Below, piece after piece: positions 63,748 to 64,000 of a DNA stretch of 64,000 nt. How positions within the stretch are numbered: the stretch's first letter is position 1; each line of letters opens with the position of its first letter. Source of the stretch: Phoronis australis (taxonomy: Eukaryota; Animalia; Phoronida); the NCBI GenBank assembly GCA_002633005.1, contig NMRA01000748.1, forward strand, positions 97,785 through 161,784. Reading direction: 5' to 3'. The notes beneath the pieces were generated by a model, which searched no databases, was not told where the DNA came from, and was given only the letters and a program-made list of their open reading frames with translations. The translations under genes were made by a program, and so were the position numbers.

Positions 63748-64000
63748 TTGTCCGAACAACTGTACATATTTCTTGAACTTGTTCAGTTACCTTGTGTAGA
63801 CTGTATGTTGTGATACTTTCCGGCAATTGTATTTTGATACCACACTTTCATACCACAGTCCTATAGATATCAGTATGGCTGTGCGTTGTACTAGATACGT
63901 ATTTTGAATTGAATTTTGTTACCGACACTTTCACATCACGTTGTCCTAGATATGAGTATGCTATGCTTTGAAATAAACTTGTATACGCATATCAAGTTTC

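Overview
This is AT-rich, repeat-dense eukaryotic DNA, most likely from a marine invertebrate bilaterian; the species cannot be fixed from sequence alone. It is not prokaryotic, and I found no CRISPR, rRNA or tRNA. Much of the window is transposon-derived. Two families of Helentron-associated non-autonomous elements (HINE/DINE-1-like) carry internal tandem repeats, and in the better-resolved family copies are nested inside other copies of the same family. Also present are TIR elements (ISL2EU-like with THAP, Kolobok-like, hAT5-like, Harbinger-type MITEs), two more THAP relics flanking an assembly gap, and decayed L1/Tx1, RTEX-like, CR1-like and Ngaro/DIRS fragments. The only clearly intact gene is 55752-56345 (+), a secreted, furin-processed cystine-knot protein that by eye fits the Trunk/PTTH/noggin-like group. 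It heads a tandem cluster with a frameshifted relic not evident as a gene in the ORF track (~57.9 kb), a pseudogene (63146-63747) and a truncated but open signal-peptide duplicate (62855-63010). The main non-coding signal is a CTCF-consensus motif repeated in one orientation every ~150 bp, about 20 copies in each HINE-A array. The HINE-B repeat unit packs YY1/ETS/USF/CCAAT/CTCF-like motifs. A CpG-poor to CpG-rich switch near 51.5 kb, plus phase-compatible exons, suggests an unannotated minus-strand gene or pseudogene under the left part. All alignments and motif calls were made by eye.
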